Positions 32,552 to 45,894 of a DNA stretch of 64,000 nt are shown here, one piece after another. The position numbers and the translations under genes were made by a program. How positions within the stretch are numbered: the first letter of the stretch is position 1; each line of letters opens with the position of its first letter. The notes under the pieces are model-generated. The model was not told the DNA's origin. It saw only the letters and a list, made by a program, of their open reading frames with translations, and did not search any database. This DNA comes from Entomortierella parvispora E1425 (lineage: Eukaryota; Fungi; Mortierellomycota): the NCBI GenBank assembly GCA_020891255.1, contig BQFW01000012.1:1-64000 (forward strand). The letters are read 5' to 3'.

Positions 32552-35500
32552 CTAAGCCGTACTGTTCTCAAGCACCCTCTCAATCACCTCGTTAATGTAC
32601 TCTTTGCGCTGCGTGAGATCGACTCCAAAGAATGCCATCAACTGCTCTCGGACTATTTTGCAGAAATGACAGAACAAAGACGGCACTTTTGTCAGTGAAA
32701 AGCTCCAGCAATCGAAGGAAACGGTCGTCTTTCATATTAATTTTCTGCAGTGGACATCGCCTCTTACCTTGCTTCTTGGTAATACTCATCAGATCGGCTG
32801 TGGCCAGCACGTTTTGGATCTCGTTCGTCAGTTGCTCATCTGTCGGCTGGTCCGATCCGTACCCTACTTGGTTGCTAACCATAACTGGTCCAGACACCAT
32901 CACCGCACTCGCTGTCGATCCAGACCGTCCATGAGTGCGGAAGCCAACATCATAAGGTGCACCCACCACGGAGCCCGATCCCAATTGAGACCCTCTTGTG
33001 GACATTGGAACACCGCCACCATAGGGACCGACACCAACCAGGGACCCCCCTCCATATGAACCCCTCCTATCCAGGTTATACCGCGGCTGCTCTTGATAAG
33101 CAGCCCCAAACGTAGGCATCTGGGGCATCCCGGGGTGGTCGTACTCTGCAACAGGACTTGGGTATCCATGACCGACAAACGCGCCTGGATAAGCCATTGG
33201 ACTAGTTGCATTGACCATCGCCATGGCCCGTGGCATCGAGGATATGGATGCACGCCGCATGTCCTCTTCAAAGCCCAAAGTCGACCTGGATCCTTGATTG
33301 TGATGGTATTGCATCGAGAATTGTGGTGGGTGTTGTTGTTGCTGTTGATGCTGTTGATGCTGCTGATGTTGCTGTTGGCGATAATAGTCTGCAGTGTCGT
33401 TGAGCTCCTCCTGGGAGACTGAATAGGCATGGTGCATCATGGCCATACTTGAAGGCATACCCTGCATAGACCCATTCGGCACTGACATTGGCGAGGCGGG
33501 TATGGGGGCCGGGCCCATGGCCTTACCTCCTGCAGCCTCCGAAAGCTTGGATCGGTATGTGACAACAGTACCCTTGCTCTCATGACTGTGCACGGAATCA
33601 ATCTCCCACATCTCTTGCTCGTACACGCTCCATTTCTTCATCGGAATCATCCTTTCATCAAACGGTTCCTCGTCATCGCCAAGAATGACAACCTTTTTGG
33701 CTCCAGCTGTCTCTCCCACGACCATACGGGTGTTACCCCAAGAAAAGTCATCAAAGTGCCAGAATGAGTAGACAGGGATAAAGAACGAGAAAATAGGGAT
33801 CGCCAAAATGTAGATAAACATCCATCCGATGTGTTGCCATTGACGTTTGATGATGAAGATCAAAGCCTGCAATCCATAGACGGCACCGAGCAGGATGAGC
33901 GAGATCTTTGGCAGAGTTTCCATTCCCGTTGCGACAATGATGATGAGGTAGAGAAGGTAGATGACGGAGGCAGGAAGAGTGAGGGTACCAAAGAGATCGA
34001 GAAAGACAATAAAGCGCATCGAGAAACAGCAGAAGCCGCACATCTCGGGCAAGAACATGAGCTCGGCCAGATTGTGAATAGTAGAGTTGATCCAGCGACG
34101 TCGCTGGGACAAGAGGACGCTCCAACGATCTGGCGCAACCGTGCGGCAGATGGCATCGGGTGTAAAAGTCATCTTGTACTGTGGAAAGTGCTTCATCATC
34201 AAGGTTGTCAGGTATCGATCCTCACCAAGCGAGAGCAGATTCTTCTTGTGAAGAGTGTCGACCGTGTTATCCGAGTACTCCTCAATGACCTTGCTCGAGA
34301 TGATTAGGGGCAACGATTTGGCCACTGTACGAACTCTGTACATGCAGAAGCAACCGGGTAGACATGTAACCGACCCAAAGAGGGACTCGAAAGCTTTGGC
34401 AAGATGATGCGAGATGTAGTATTCATAGACCTGGATCATGGTCGTCCAACTGTTCTCCTCATTTCCCAGCTGAGTTTCACCACAAAGGCCGATAATCTGC
34501 CCGTCGTGGATCATACAACTCACTAGGCGATTGAGAGAGTCCGCCATCACCTCGGTATCGGCATCGACTTGGAGGATATACTCATAAAAGCTTGGGTTCA
34601 CCCCAATGACGTTCTTCATATGATGGTAGATTTCGAGCTCGAGGGGACACATGGGCGAGTCGAAATGGACCTTGTTCAGGAACTTCATCAGGATGATCTG
34701 CGAGTCGCGCTTGCCTCTGTTGCCAGGACGACTCCGCTCGCTTGGTTTACCGACCTTGACTACGACAATATAAGGTACCACATGGCCCTCAAACTCGTGC
34801 AGTCCAGAGTAGACTTTACCCATGTTCAATTGCTTGGAGCCATCGCCAATACTCCTGAACGCAAGAGGCTCCGGATCCAAGGACGGGTCGGCGCCAAGCA
34901 AGTTGAGCACGATCCGTGGTGTTGGTAGTTCATTGCCGCTCCCAATAATCATTCCATCGGCAATGATGAATATGAGCTTGCGTTTGTCATCGTACCTGAG
35001 GGACGCAATCGAGTTGATGGTCTTTCGGAGAGAGTCTTCGTCTTCAGTGTAGCATGGGATCTGCACAATCACAAACTTGTCATGCTCCTCAGGGACGCGA
35101 ACAGAGCCCAATTGCAACGCTGCCAAGAACTTGATCGCGATCACAGAGACCAAAACCACAGAGGTGCTCAGAAGCATGTAGTTCGTAAACTGACATTGGA
35201 AAGACTTTCGATAGTCCACTTTGCCAATGTAAAAGACTTGATCCAGACAACTTTTGGTGAGCAGGCGCTGTTGTGAGTCTAGAGGCAGCTTGCGCCACAA
35301 GGCACTATTGTCCTCGCCATTGTGGTTAAAAGCCATGTCTTCCACAGATTTGTCGAGAAAATGGACCGATGGAACGCCAGATCCTTGGGGACCAGTATTC
35401 CCTGGAGCCTTGATGGTGTTATAGTAGCTGGTGAGATCGTAAACGCCCCCGTCAATCACAAACCATTTCCTGACAGCATCGGATTCAATGTCAGCCATTT

Positions 35501-38500
35501 CAATGGCCAGTTCTCCTTTTTTCATGGGTAAAAGTCTGGGCAGAGCAACGCGCCAGTACCATTGCCCTTGGTTGTTCTTTTCACTCCATCCGATGGTGGT
35601 GTCAGAGGTTGGTGGACCGTGGACCTGTGCTCCAATCACGGTGCTGTTGGTGACCATGGCTAAAGTAGGACTAGACACGAGTCCGTAGCAAGCCATGTTA
35701 AGAGGAAGAGGAAAGTACTCTGTCACGTCCGTTCCTACAAACGGGAGCATGTAGGCAGTGTCGGATGGATAGGATGCGTGGCCGTTTGAATGGTCGCTCT
35801 TTGCAAACTTTGTGATGTCGTAGACCTTTCCGCGAAGCGACACATAAAAGTCCTCAGGCGCGGCATGATAGCCAACCTCCTTTGGCGAGAAGAGATTCTC
35901 TGCTCCTGGGCACATCATTCGGCCGAACCCAGTGATCACGAAGATGATAATGGAGGACATGAAAAAAATGATGCAGCACAATGCAACCTTTTCGCGCCAG
36001 GCCATCCGAATATCCTCCCGTTTCATCTTGCCACAGCTCGAGAGCATGAATGATGGGATCCACCAGGTCATGCACCAGGTGAAGAACACCCACATCTTTC
36101 GAGCCCGCGTCGTCGGCACCATCTCCACCGGCTCCACCGTTTTTTTTTCTGATGCAATACCGCCTTTCCCCTTGGAACTCTGACGGCCCTTCTCACCAAC
36201 GCTCTTTCGCGTTTTAGACCCTCCCTGGCCCGCTCCTACAGGTGAAGACGTTGTGGTTTTCCTTCCTAAACCCCTTCGAATCCCTGTTCTTCCCGGTAGG
36301 GCTGCGAACCCGTACTCACTGGTCATGTCGTCGTCTTGGTCTCCCGGTTCTGAAAAGATGTCGTCCTCCAGACAATCAGCCTCAGAGGCTCCATCGTCTA
36401 CTCCGCCTTTGCCTCCAGACCACAAAAGTCGATCGGTGCTAGAATGTGCAGAGGCCAGTTTGGATGGATCCCCATCGCCATCTCCATCGAGCAGGGCCAA
36501 GTCCCCAGATCCATTGTTTCCATTGAGGGCTGCCAGTTCCATGGCTCTTGCCTTGGCAGTAGCCGCCTGCTCTTCCGCAAGAGCGGCTGCCTGAGCTTTC
36601 TTTGCCTGCAGTCTTTCCTCCCTCTCGACGGTCCTCAGATCGTCCTCAAGCTCTTTCCAGACGTCCTCAGATATCCAAACAGAAGTATGGCCAAGAGCTA
36701 TTTTGGGGCCCTCTTGACCCGTGCGTACGTTCCAGTCTCGCCCTGGAGCATTGGCTACATCGAGACACTGACCTTTCTCTGTCTTTGTAGTGCTGTCCAG
36801 TTTGAGAGTTGAAAATAGACTAGTTCTCTCATACCGCTTGAGGAACTCGTCAAACGTGTAGGAAACGGTGTATTCTGTCCTCTTTTTGCTGGCAATCTCG
36901 GGCAACAAGAAGGCATTCACTTGTGCACGGAGACTCTTTGTGTCAGCACTGAAGCTGGACTGGGCATCGTTTGGTCGAAGACAGAACATATTCCAGAGCA
37001 TCGTCTCATCCATGGTCTGAATCAGATCCCGCATCGTGGTGAACACCTGGGTAAGGACCGTGCTGACGGACTGGGCATCCTCTTCCTGCTGGCGAGCCTG
37101 CATCATTGCCCCCAGGACATCTTGGGCTGGTGGCTGTGCTGAAACATCCAGAGCGCGATGGCCATACAGACTTCTTCTGGCCGTCACGCTTGAGTTCCCT
37201 GCTGCGCCTCCTTGCCCTCCATGTCGGGAAGGCTGTCGTTTCGGCCGAGTCTGCAGTTGAGCTTTCACTATCGTCTTCTCGAATTTAGGATGGCGCTCCA
37301 CTGCAATAGCACCTGAAGCCTCAGTGGAAAAGAGGTCCACAATAAACTTGTTGGCCGAGTTTCGCAAAAGAACAAGGAAATCAGGCGAGATCTGATCGAG
37401 ATTCCTCTCCAAAAAGTCGTCCACTGAATATTCAACCTTGCCCGAAAAGTGTTGGATAGCAAAGTAGTTGGACGAGGCGCGATTGGTGGTGAAGATAGCT
37501 TGACTCTGGGAATCCCCTCTCAACTGTAACGTCGCTTTGTGAAGGCAATCCGCATCAGTAGCGGATCCCTGACTGTAAAGTGCACTGGAATCGTCCATGA
37601 TACGGACCAGGCCTCCAAGAACTGCTGAAGACGAAGAGCCCCGAATGTTCTGCTCCTGCTGTTGCTGGATCCTGACAGAGTAAGGAATGGGCTTTGTGGA
37701 TGACATGTCGATCTTGGGGGGGTTTGAGAAAGGATGGTCGTCTCTGTACTGCCTGCCCACCAGAACCTGAAGACAGCTGTTGTCGAACGGGGCATTGCCT
37801 GTGGCGAGCGACGGAATAGTGGAAGTAGTGACCCTCTGCAAAGCAGCAGTAGGCTCAATGCCATCCTGGACCTGCATTCTGTTGAGTCCTACACTGTCGT
37901 CCAGCATGCGTCGTCCGAGGAACCCATGCAAAACCTCGTTTGCAAAATTAAGTGAGAACTGCTCAAAGGTTGCGAGCTGTAGAGAAAACGAGCGAGGTGT
38001 CTCCGCCAAACCAGACTGATCCAAGATGGCGACAAAATTGGCGGGTTCAGCGTGGCAAAGCGACTTGTTGATTTGCTCCACGAGATAACCAAATAAAGCA
38101 GTGTAGAGCGTGCGTGCCAGCAAGTCTCGATGGGCAGACGACCCTTGAGCATTTAACACTACTGTACAAAGGTCCCTTCTGATGAGCTTGGATTTGTAGG
38201 TGAGGGCTGCAAGCAGCTTGTCTGATATGTTGGTACATGGTAAAAAAAAAAAAAAAAAAAAAAAAGACGGCGGTTGTTAATGCACGCTCACAGCAAACAA
38301 AACGAGGCAGCGACAACGAAACATACCACCGGGTACTCCAAGAATATCAGAAATGAGCTCAAGGACGTCAGGGTTCTTGACAATTGCCGCCTCCTGAAGA
38401 GATGTTTGTTTACTCGCGGCGGCTGGGTCCGTAAACTGTACATTGCCCAAATGCAAGATTGCCGCCAAGAGACGCCACATGCTCTGCATCTGTCGAGGTT

Positions 38501-39735
38501 TGAAGCCGCAAGCTGTCATGCACGACTTTAGGTGATCAAATCCAAGAGTGTCATCCAAACCCATCCCTGTGGACAGCATCGTTCTGCCCGATCCATGAGC
38601 AGTTTGCTCCATTGGTACTGAATGTCCTTCCCCTTCTTGTACTCGCACATGCTTGGACTGATTGATGTATGCAAATGGTTCATGTAGTCTCAATAGGCCC
38701 TTGTCTTGATCTGAGAAAGAGTCTGGATGGGCACACAGCAGATAATAAAAGACGTGGAACGAGCTTTCTTCTTGGGGTATACGAGTTATCCTTGTGCTGT
38801 TGAGCAAATAGCAAAGAGTCTTGGCTCCAAGGATTCGACCTCGTTCATTGAACTAAAAAAAAAGAGAATGACGACAACGAACGGATGTATCAGTAAATTA
38901 CCTCTTATTCTCACTGCCAGAGGAGCGTGGCGCCATTGACATTTTTGTTACCTGGATTTCCAAAAATTTGGAAAACATGCTTGCATTGCGATTCTCAGCA
39001 GTGTGAACACATCCGAACGCGTCCAGGACCTGTTGTGCTTGCTGCAACTGCGAGGACACACGCGCCTCCTTTTTTGTATGGGCAGCGAGGCGGCAAAGTT
39101 GCGCAACGATGTGGGATGCACCCACCGACTTGCCAGAACCTGAGATTCCACTGTGATGCCGTAATGATAGATAGAGGAGATGAAAAGGAATCAAGGGTTT
39201 CAATAAAAAAAAAAAAAAGGGTGGGTGAGAGGACGTGAAATCGAGCTGTTAGAAATCATGGAGGGGCAGGCAGGACATGATCCGAATGAATTGTTCCATG
39301 GCTTATATAAACTTGCCTCATCACCACAGTCTGGTCTTGACCTGTGCGACGAAGATGCAGATAAATCTTTCCAGCCAGCTCAAACGGATGGGGTGCTAAC
39401 GAGGTGGATCCATGCAGACTGCTGTGTTGACTGTGCTGGTCTCCGCTTCGATCTTTGGATCGTTGACCAGTATTTTTAGGGGCAAGTGAGACTGTCGGTG
39501 CAACGGTCGCCTCTCCAAAACTGCGGTAACAATGCTCCGCGTACTGCTCTGCAGATGCATCGTTGAGGATCGGCAGGACCTCATAAGGATTGACGGCGAC
39601 GAGGGTTGTGGCATTGATACGAGTATAGGGCAACTTGTGCTTCCATCTTGAGGAGAGGTTGTGGACAATGGCATCGTCGGATGTGGATCCCAGATGTGTT
39701 AGATCTGGCGAAGTATAGTCTGCTGGCAACGGCAT
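32552..39735 (-). CDS. Chitin synthase with N-terminal myosin-motor-like domain, cytochrome b5-like domains and C-terminal DEK-C (class V/VII type), multi-exon
   Basis: Myosin-like PYTRINATTLVAVNPY, P-loop GISGSGKS, FEQFSLNFANE. Catalytic QIPCYTED, QVDADT, LGEDRYLT, QRRRW. DEK-C-like LATADLMSITKKQ|VREQL. Confidence 0.95.
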
Positions 39736-40984
39736 CTGTCCTTGTTTTCAGTACTCGTCGTCAAGCGTGGAGTCTCTGCAGATTATTGTTCGAAAGAAAG
39801 GGCTCCGAGTGGAAGAGGAGTTAGATGAACCGAAGAGAGTTAAGGAAGGGTAGCTAGACTAAGAGGGGAGAAGAGCATTCGACGATATGGGAGGAGAGAG
39901 TGGATGTCCGCAAAGAGAGGTACGTGGGAGGGGAATGTGAGGGAAGAGTTGACTGCAAAGAAGAAAGGCAAACGCATTCAACATGGCGGTGAAGCTGGAC
40001 CCGGTGAACGGCATGAACGACACATCTAGGACCAAGGGAGCTGGCATGACACAGCGGCTGCACCGTGATAGGATCTAAACGTACCCGCCCCCGTTTTCCA
40101 TCGGGTTCGGCTGCAGTGAGGTTGTTGCGTTTCTTGTCTTTCGCCTTGCTCCCTTGGTGTCCCCTTTTTCTCGGTGGTTCTCTTTCCTTGTTCAAGGGGA
40201 GAGCGTAGAGGGAGTAGAGCCGGCCCCTTGACTGGGACTCTGGAAGCCAGTTCATGCGGATGGGTGACAGAAGCCTGGTTCCTTGCAACATGGCGTGGCC
40301 AGGGTGACAGGACGGCGACGGTGTTGGCGCCCCGAAGGGGGTTGCAAGATTCAGGGTCAACCACTCAGGGTTGCAGTCAAAGGAGGCAGCCCGTCTGTCA
40401 TTCCACACTTCGCGCTGAAAAGATCGCGCCAAAGATACACGTGACGTTGGTGGCTTGTGCAAAAAAAATCGGATTTCAACCTTGCGCACCCTGCGGCCAG
40501 ATTGGTTCGGTCCTTTGCACATATCAGATTTCACCTTGTATGTGGGGAGCGCTGTTGGCTCGCCGATGGATGGATGCATGCATGCATGCATGGCTCAAGG
40601 ATGGATCATGGATGGCTGGATGACAGGAGAGATGCAGCTGTCGATATAGCTGCCATCATTCTCGGATCGCACTACGTACTATGGATCGATGGATCGATGG
40701 ATAGAATGGATACAAGGACGATGCGGCTCATTTGTCTGAAATGGGCAGGATGAGATTCCATCGTCCATCGCTGGATTCAACAGAGATGAATCAAGTTCAT
40801 CATTACGATGTCTGCCCCTCATGGGGAGACCATCGCCAATTCAGGATAGACCGGATGTTGGACATCGAGTCGAGTGACGATCACCGCTCAGGAACAGAGT
40901 AACAGAGTGTTGCTGTAGTCCAGTCAAACTCATCTCTTTTTCTTGTTATCGTTGTTTGTAGCTATCACCCTAACACCGATAGCC

Positions 40985-41991
40985 ATGTCTGGATTGCCCG
41001 CTATTCTCAAAGCCACCGAGGAGGACATCAAGCTCCTCCTCTCTGCCCAGTCCCACTTGGGAACCAAGAACTGCGATGTTCACATGGAGCCCTACGTCTG
41101 GAAGCGTCGTGCTGATGGTAAGGCGCCGGAATCACGTTGGAGTTGGGAAAGCAGGAGCTGGGATATGTCTAGATCTTCTTTTTTTCTTCTCTTCGTTATC
41201 TGTGGAAACCATGCATGTCGCTGCAGAAGATCCGAAATATCTGGCAGGAAAACAATCATGAGAGACTAATAATCCAATGTTACAACTATTACCCTCCTAT
41301 CTGATCAGGTCTCCACATCATCAACATTGGCAAGACCTGGGAGAAGATTGTCCTCGCTGCCCGTATCATCGTCGCCATCGAGAACCCCGCTGATATCTGC
41401 GTTATCTCTGCCCGCCCCTACGGTCAGCGTGCCGCCTTGAAGTTCGCCTCGCACACTGGTGCCCAGGCTATTGCCGGTCGTTTCACCCCCGGTACCTTCA
41501 CCAACTACATCACTCGTGCCTTCAAGGAGCCCCGTTTGATCATCGTTACCGACCCCTTGACCGACCACCAGGCCATCAAGGAGGCTTCGTACGTCAACAT
41601 CCCCGTTATCGCTTTCGCCGATACCGAGTCCCCCCTCCGTTACGTCGACGTTGCCATCCCCACCAACAACCGCTCCAAGCACGCCATTGGTCTCGCTTAC
41701 TGGATGTTGGCTCGTGAGGTTCTCCGCCTCCGTGGCACCATCTCCCGCTCTGCTCCTTGGGATGTCATGGTTGACATGTTCTTCTACCGTGACCCCGAAG
41801 AGAAGGCTGAGGAGGAGGCCGCTGCTGCTGCCGCCGAGAAGCCCGCTGGCGCTGATGTTGCCGGTACCTGGGCTCCTGGTGAGGCTGCTCCTTTCGAGGC
41901 TGAGGCTGCTGCCCCTGCCGGTGACTGGGCTACCGATGCCGCCACCGCCGACTGGTCTGAGGCTGCCCCCACTGACTCCTGGGCTGCTTAA
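40985..41991 (+). CDS. RPS0: 40S ribosomal protein S0/SA (uS2); exons 40985-41117 and 41309-41991
   Basis: [63 protein letters not shown]. Strong codon bias. Confidence 0.98.
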
Positions 41992-42100
41992 GCAGTTCAT
42001 GTTGACTACCATGGACAATAAAAACCCCTACTTTTTTTTTTTTTTTTTTGAATTAAATTATCGATGAATTGACGGTTTTATTGTGGATGGTATCTAAGGA

Positions 42101-45100
42101 TTAAGCAGGTACAGTTTCGACCTCTGTCCGCATGATCTTCATGCGAACATCGGCGCGACGTTTGTTGGCCTTACGAAGACGGACATTTCGACGACATTTC
42201 AGGTACAGGAACATGCCTGCAAGAACTAGGATAATCACTCCACCTAGTAACAAGTCGTGGATGGTCTATTGAGTAACATGGTCAAGAGAACAAGGGTGGC
42301 AAATCAAAATATTTTCAAGAACTCACCGATGGAAGAGACCTTGATAATTTCCTGAAGGGCTACCGTATTATCGGCCGCTTGGTAGGGGCAAACACCATGG
42401 ACCCCACCAGGCACCCAACATCCAGCTGTCTGCCAACTAGAAATGTCAATCCAAATCATGCCTCCGCCTAGAACGTCAGCTGGTGAAAGAGGCGTGTCCG
42501 TGTTGGCGAGCCTCACTCCTCCTGTCCCTTCCGAAATCTCCCCTTTCGGTGTAGTCATTGAGCTGCCACGAGCATTTGGCTGACTTCCACGCGGCTTTGT
42601 TCCATGTCCAGAGGCCTTTTGCCGACCCTGATCGTCCTCATCCTCCTGGTCATCATCGTCCTCCGTCTCCTCGTTGTCGTCATCATCCTCCCAGCGATGA
42701 TCGTGTCCGTTAGCATGCCGTTTCATGTGTAACACAGTTCGGCGAGACGCTTCTGGATCCAGTATAGCTCGAAATGGGTCTCTAAGAGTTGGCTCTAGGA
42801 CACGTTGCTGCAGTTTTTGATGAGCGAGAACGGACTGATAAAAACTGTGAGCTGTAGTATTCCAATAGCTCAAGAGTGTCGAGTACAGTTGCTGGTTTTC
42901 ACGAGCTGTTCGTGGCACGTCAAACTGATATCCTTCTGGGCAGGCAACATCCCTGTAATTGGAGGTTGTCTTGTCGTTGATGAGCCACTGCAAGAGAAGG
43001 GGATTATTGAACATGGAATTGAAACGTTAGATTACAAGGTAAGGTGTTTTAGATACATCGGAGGGTAGAGCAAACCTACCACAGATGATGTCCCGATTTT
43101 TCGACATGCTACAGGCATTTTCTTGTTGCAATCCTGTATCGCCCAACGCCCATTGCTCTGCATGGCTCCGCAACGTTGATCGAGACTACGGGTTTCATTG
43201 GCAAGAGGCTGATTTAAATCCCAGGACCAAACACTCGTGGCAGCATGTTCAGAAAACGACAACAGCGGGGCACTGCCTTCCATCAACAATGAATAGCCGC
43301 AGTCAGTCTAAAAGTAACGAGAGCACGATAAACAACAACAAATAAATCAGTTATACAGACAACCTTCAAGCGTGTCATGATGAGAATATGCGTTCGAGTT
43401 CGAGCCTTACTGCGAGTTGTCCTGAGTAATAGGACCATGGTAGGAGATTTGTATCTGACATACTAGAAAAGCTCCAGGTGACTTCATTTGTAATTGTGTC
43501 GGTGCTGTTCTTGACACTGGCGATAGAGGCAAAGTTTTCCTCAGTTCCCGTAGCCATCATCATCACACCAGGATGGGGAAAACTGCACTGTTGTTGTGTG
43601 AGGGTGGACGAAATATGAAGGAGACTACTGTTGGTCATTGAAGGCCCTAGTGCCTCAGGTGGGTGGATGGTCGTGAAGTCGTCTGTCAAATTATAAGTCG
43701 AGCCTGCGTTGAGATTGTTGGCTCCAATACTGACGATTATCCGTCTTTTCAGAATGTCCCTGAGATACATGCTGGTAGGCCATCCGGTGGGCGCTCGTAT
43801 CTTTCCTGTCACCCCATCTATAGTAGTGTTGTAGTAATCGAGTCCCACAGGGCCATACTTCCACCAAGTACCATTCAGATCCTCTCGGTCCATCTCTAGC
43901 GACGCGGGACTATAAAGTAGCGACGGAAAAGCATCCAGGAAAAGCTCCTTGAGTGATAACAGGTTGGGCATGAGAGCTTTGATGGAGCTATTGGTGTTGG
44001 GTGAATCAATAAGCTGAGGAGCTGTCGATCCGTTGACTGGGGGTGCTGGAGGTCTGGTCCCCAAACTGCTGTTGCCAAGCTCATTTAGATTCAAGACGAT
44101 CAAAAGAATGTCCTGTAGCTCGGCTTGGTCCGTCTGTTCGAACCAAGTCTGTAATCCCTGGAGCAACATCACTACGTCTTCTCCTGTTGAGCATGTTATT
44201 CCATCCATTGTCCGGTCGACTGCCGCAGCTTTGTTGTAAGACGAGACGACGCCTTTGTTCATTGCTAGTCGATGTCGTCCTTCCTGATGCTTATTTTGCA
44301 TAGACGAGCCTTCTATCGCGGGCTCGCTTCTGTTGCCAGCCTTGTCATGTGCCTTTAGCTTGATGGCCGGTTTGCGTCGAGGTTTCTTCAAAAACCAGTT
44401 TTTGAAGCGATCGGTGGGGGTCTTGCCAAGGGATTTCATGGTGATGGTGGGTGCTGCTTTGGCGCCTGTGGTTTTGTGGGCCTTTCCGTTATGGCGCGCC
44501 TTGGATGGTGTTTTCGACGTTGCTCTCTTTTCCAAATTCACTTTGGAGTCCGTGTCCAGAGTCGCCTCGGATGGTTCTTGTTGATTTTCCACAAGGAGAT
44601 CTTGCGATGCGCCTTGATTGCTGCCCATCCGTTGCAGTTCTAGTGTCGGCGGTGGAGGAATGTCGCCTTGCTCCAGAGCAGCGTATATTTTTAAAGCCTG
44701 AGTACCATCCCTGTTGAGTCGAGGGCAAAGTTGCCATCCAAGACCCTGGGCATCCCACCAGAGATCCACAACCAAACGCCGCATTCCTGCCTGAAGCAAT
44801 TGTGGGATCTTTTCAATCCTGTCGCTACTAAAGTCGTTGGCAAAATATGCAGTCCGTGTATCAATGCCCACCCACAACTGTCGATCCAGCGGAATAATTG
44901 GATCGGCAATCAGTCGTTGAGTGGCAAAAGCTCCATCCACATAAGAGCGAGCACTGTCTAATGCACCTAGAGGTGTCTGAGATGTAAAGCTGAATCCAGG
45001 CCCCGTCAGCGGCGGTAAGTCGTCGTCAGAAGGCGCGTCCACGCGTTGATTGGAGCTGATAACGCGACTTGCAGAGCAGGACTGGATCATGAACGGGAAC

Positions 45101-45333
45101 GAGAACGTGCGTAAAGCCAAGGAATGCGTTTTGGAGAGTGGATTGGTCGAGATCGAAGAAATAACGCAGTTCAAGGCCAAGACGACAAAGAAGACGAGAA
45201 GCGTCGATGGGCTTTGGTTTGTTGGGCCTTGGAAGCGAAGGATGGCTGTCACCGAGTGGCTCCTGTTTTCATGCTGAGCCCTGCCTTTGTCCTTGTCCTT
45301 GTTTGCACTCTTGTCCTCTACGTCTGTCAGCAT
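42101..45333 (-). CDS. MTC6: MTC6-like membrane protein (PLC-like phosphodiesterase-fold region, C-type-lectin-like module, C-terminal TM), multi-exon
   Basis: LLQAGMRRLVVDLWWD...WQLCP; WSWDLNQP...RCGAMQSNGRWAIQDCNKKMPVAC; C-terminal TM followed by KCRRN. The start codon is uncertain. Confidence 0.7.
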
Positions 45334-45795
45334 GGTGGGGAATGGAGGGAGCACAATCCACCGGGTGACTGAGAGTCGACAATGAATGGAGAGGATCAGC
45401 TCTGTGGCTCTGAAAAGCGAGGGCGTGGTTGCATGCAAGCGCACACAGACGAACGTTCAGTCAAGATGCGAGCGAGAAGAGGAGAGAGGAGAAAAGGAAA
45501 GAGAAAGAGGAAAGAGGGAGAGGGGAGATGCGATGACCAGAAACGAGGGGATCAGGAAAGAGAAGGGAATGCAGAAGAGATCCCAATTCCACCCAAGAAG
45601 GAAGAAAGGAAGAACAGAGAGAGAGAGAGAGAGAGTAGAGGCAAGGCGCAGAGGGACTGCGCGCTACGCACAGAAGTACAGAGGCACAGAAGCACAGAGA
45701 CACAGAAACGATCCTGTGTTCCGTCGGGTGCAAAATTGAATAAAGTGCAGGTGCCGGGCAGGCTCTCTTTCCCTTTCCCGGTGGAATATCGATTT

Positions 45796-45822
45796 TTCAT
45801 TCATTCATTCATTCATTCATTC
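45796..45822 (+). repeat. (TTCA)n microsatellite, ~6.5 units
   Basis: Read directly from the sequence. Confidence 0.9.
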
Positions 45823-45894
45823 GTATTCACTACAGCAGATAAACTGGTTTGTGGTTTGTGGTTTGCTGTTTGCTACCCTCGCGGCTTCTCCTCC

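Noticed and set aside
32592-32760. ORF-track C-terminus of the chitin synthase (…KRRCPLQKINMK…AAQRVH)
   Set aside because: It reads through an intron. Splicing at KKQ|VREQL restores the DEK-C domain, with the stop at 32552.
39740-40560. Telomerase RNA or another structured ncRNA in the CHS-RPS0 intergenic region
   Set aside because: I found no CCCTAAAAAA template-like sequence here or elsewhere outside the telomere, and no recognisable Rfam motif.
41118-41308. Intronic snoRNA in RPS0
   Set aside because: No convincing C/D box pair with terminal stem or H/ACA double hairpin could be found by eye. An Infernal/snoscan search would be needed.
41305-42018. 237-aa antisense ORF over RPS0 (likewise 54982..55806+ over ProRS and 46291..47013+ over MAM3)
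   Set aside because: These are shadow ORFs caused by strong codon bias on the coding strand.
42101-45333. Functional link between the MTC6-like gene (maintenance of telomere capping) and the nearby telomere
   Set aside because: The name comes from a yeast genetic screen. The protein is a membrane protein, and its position 42 kb from the end is most likely coincidence.
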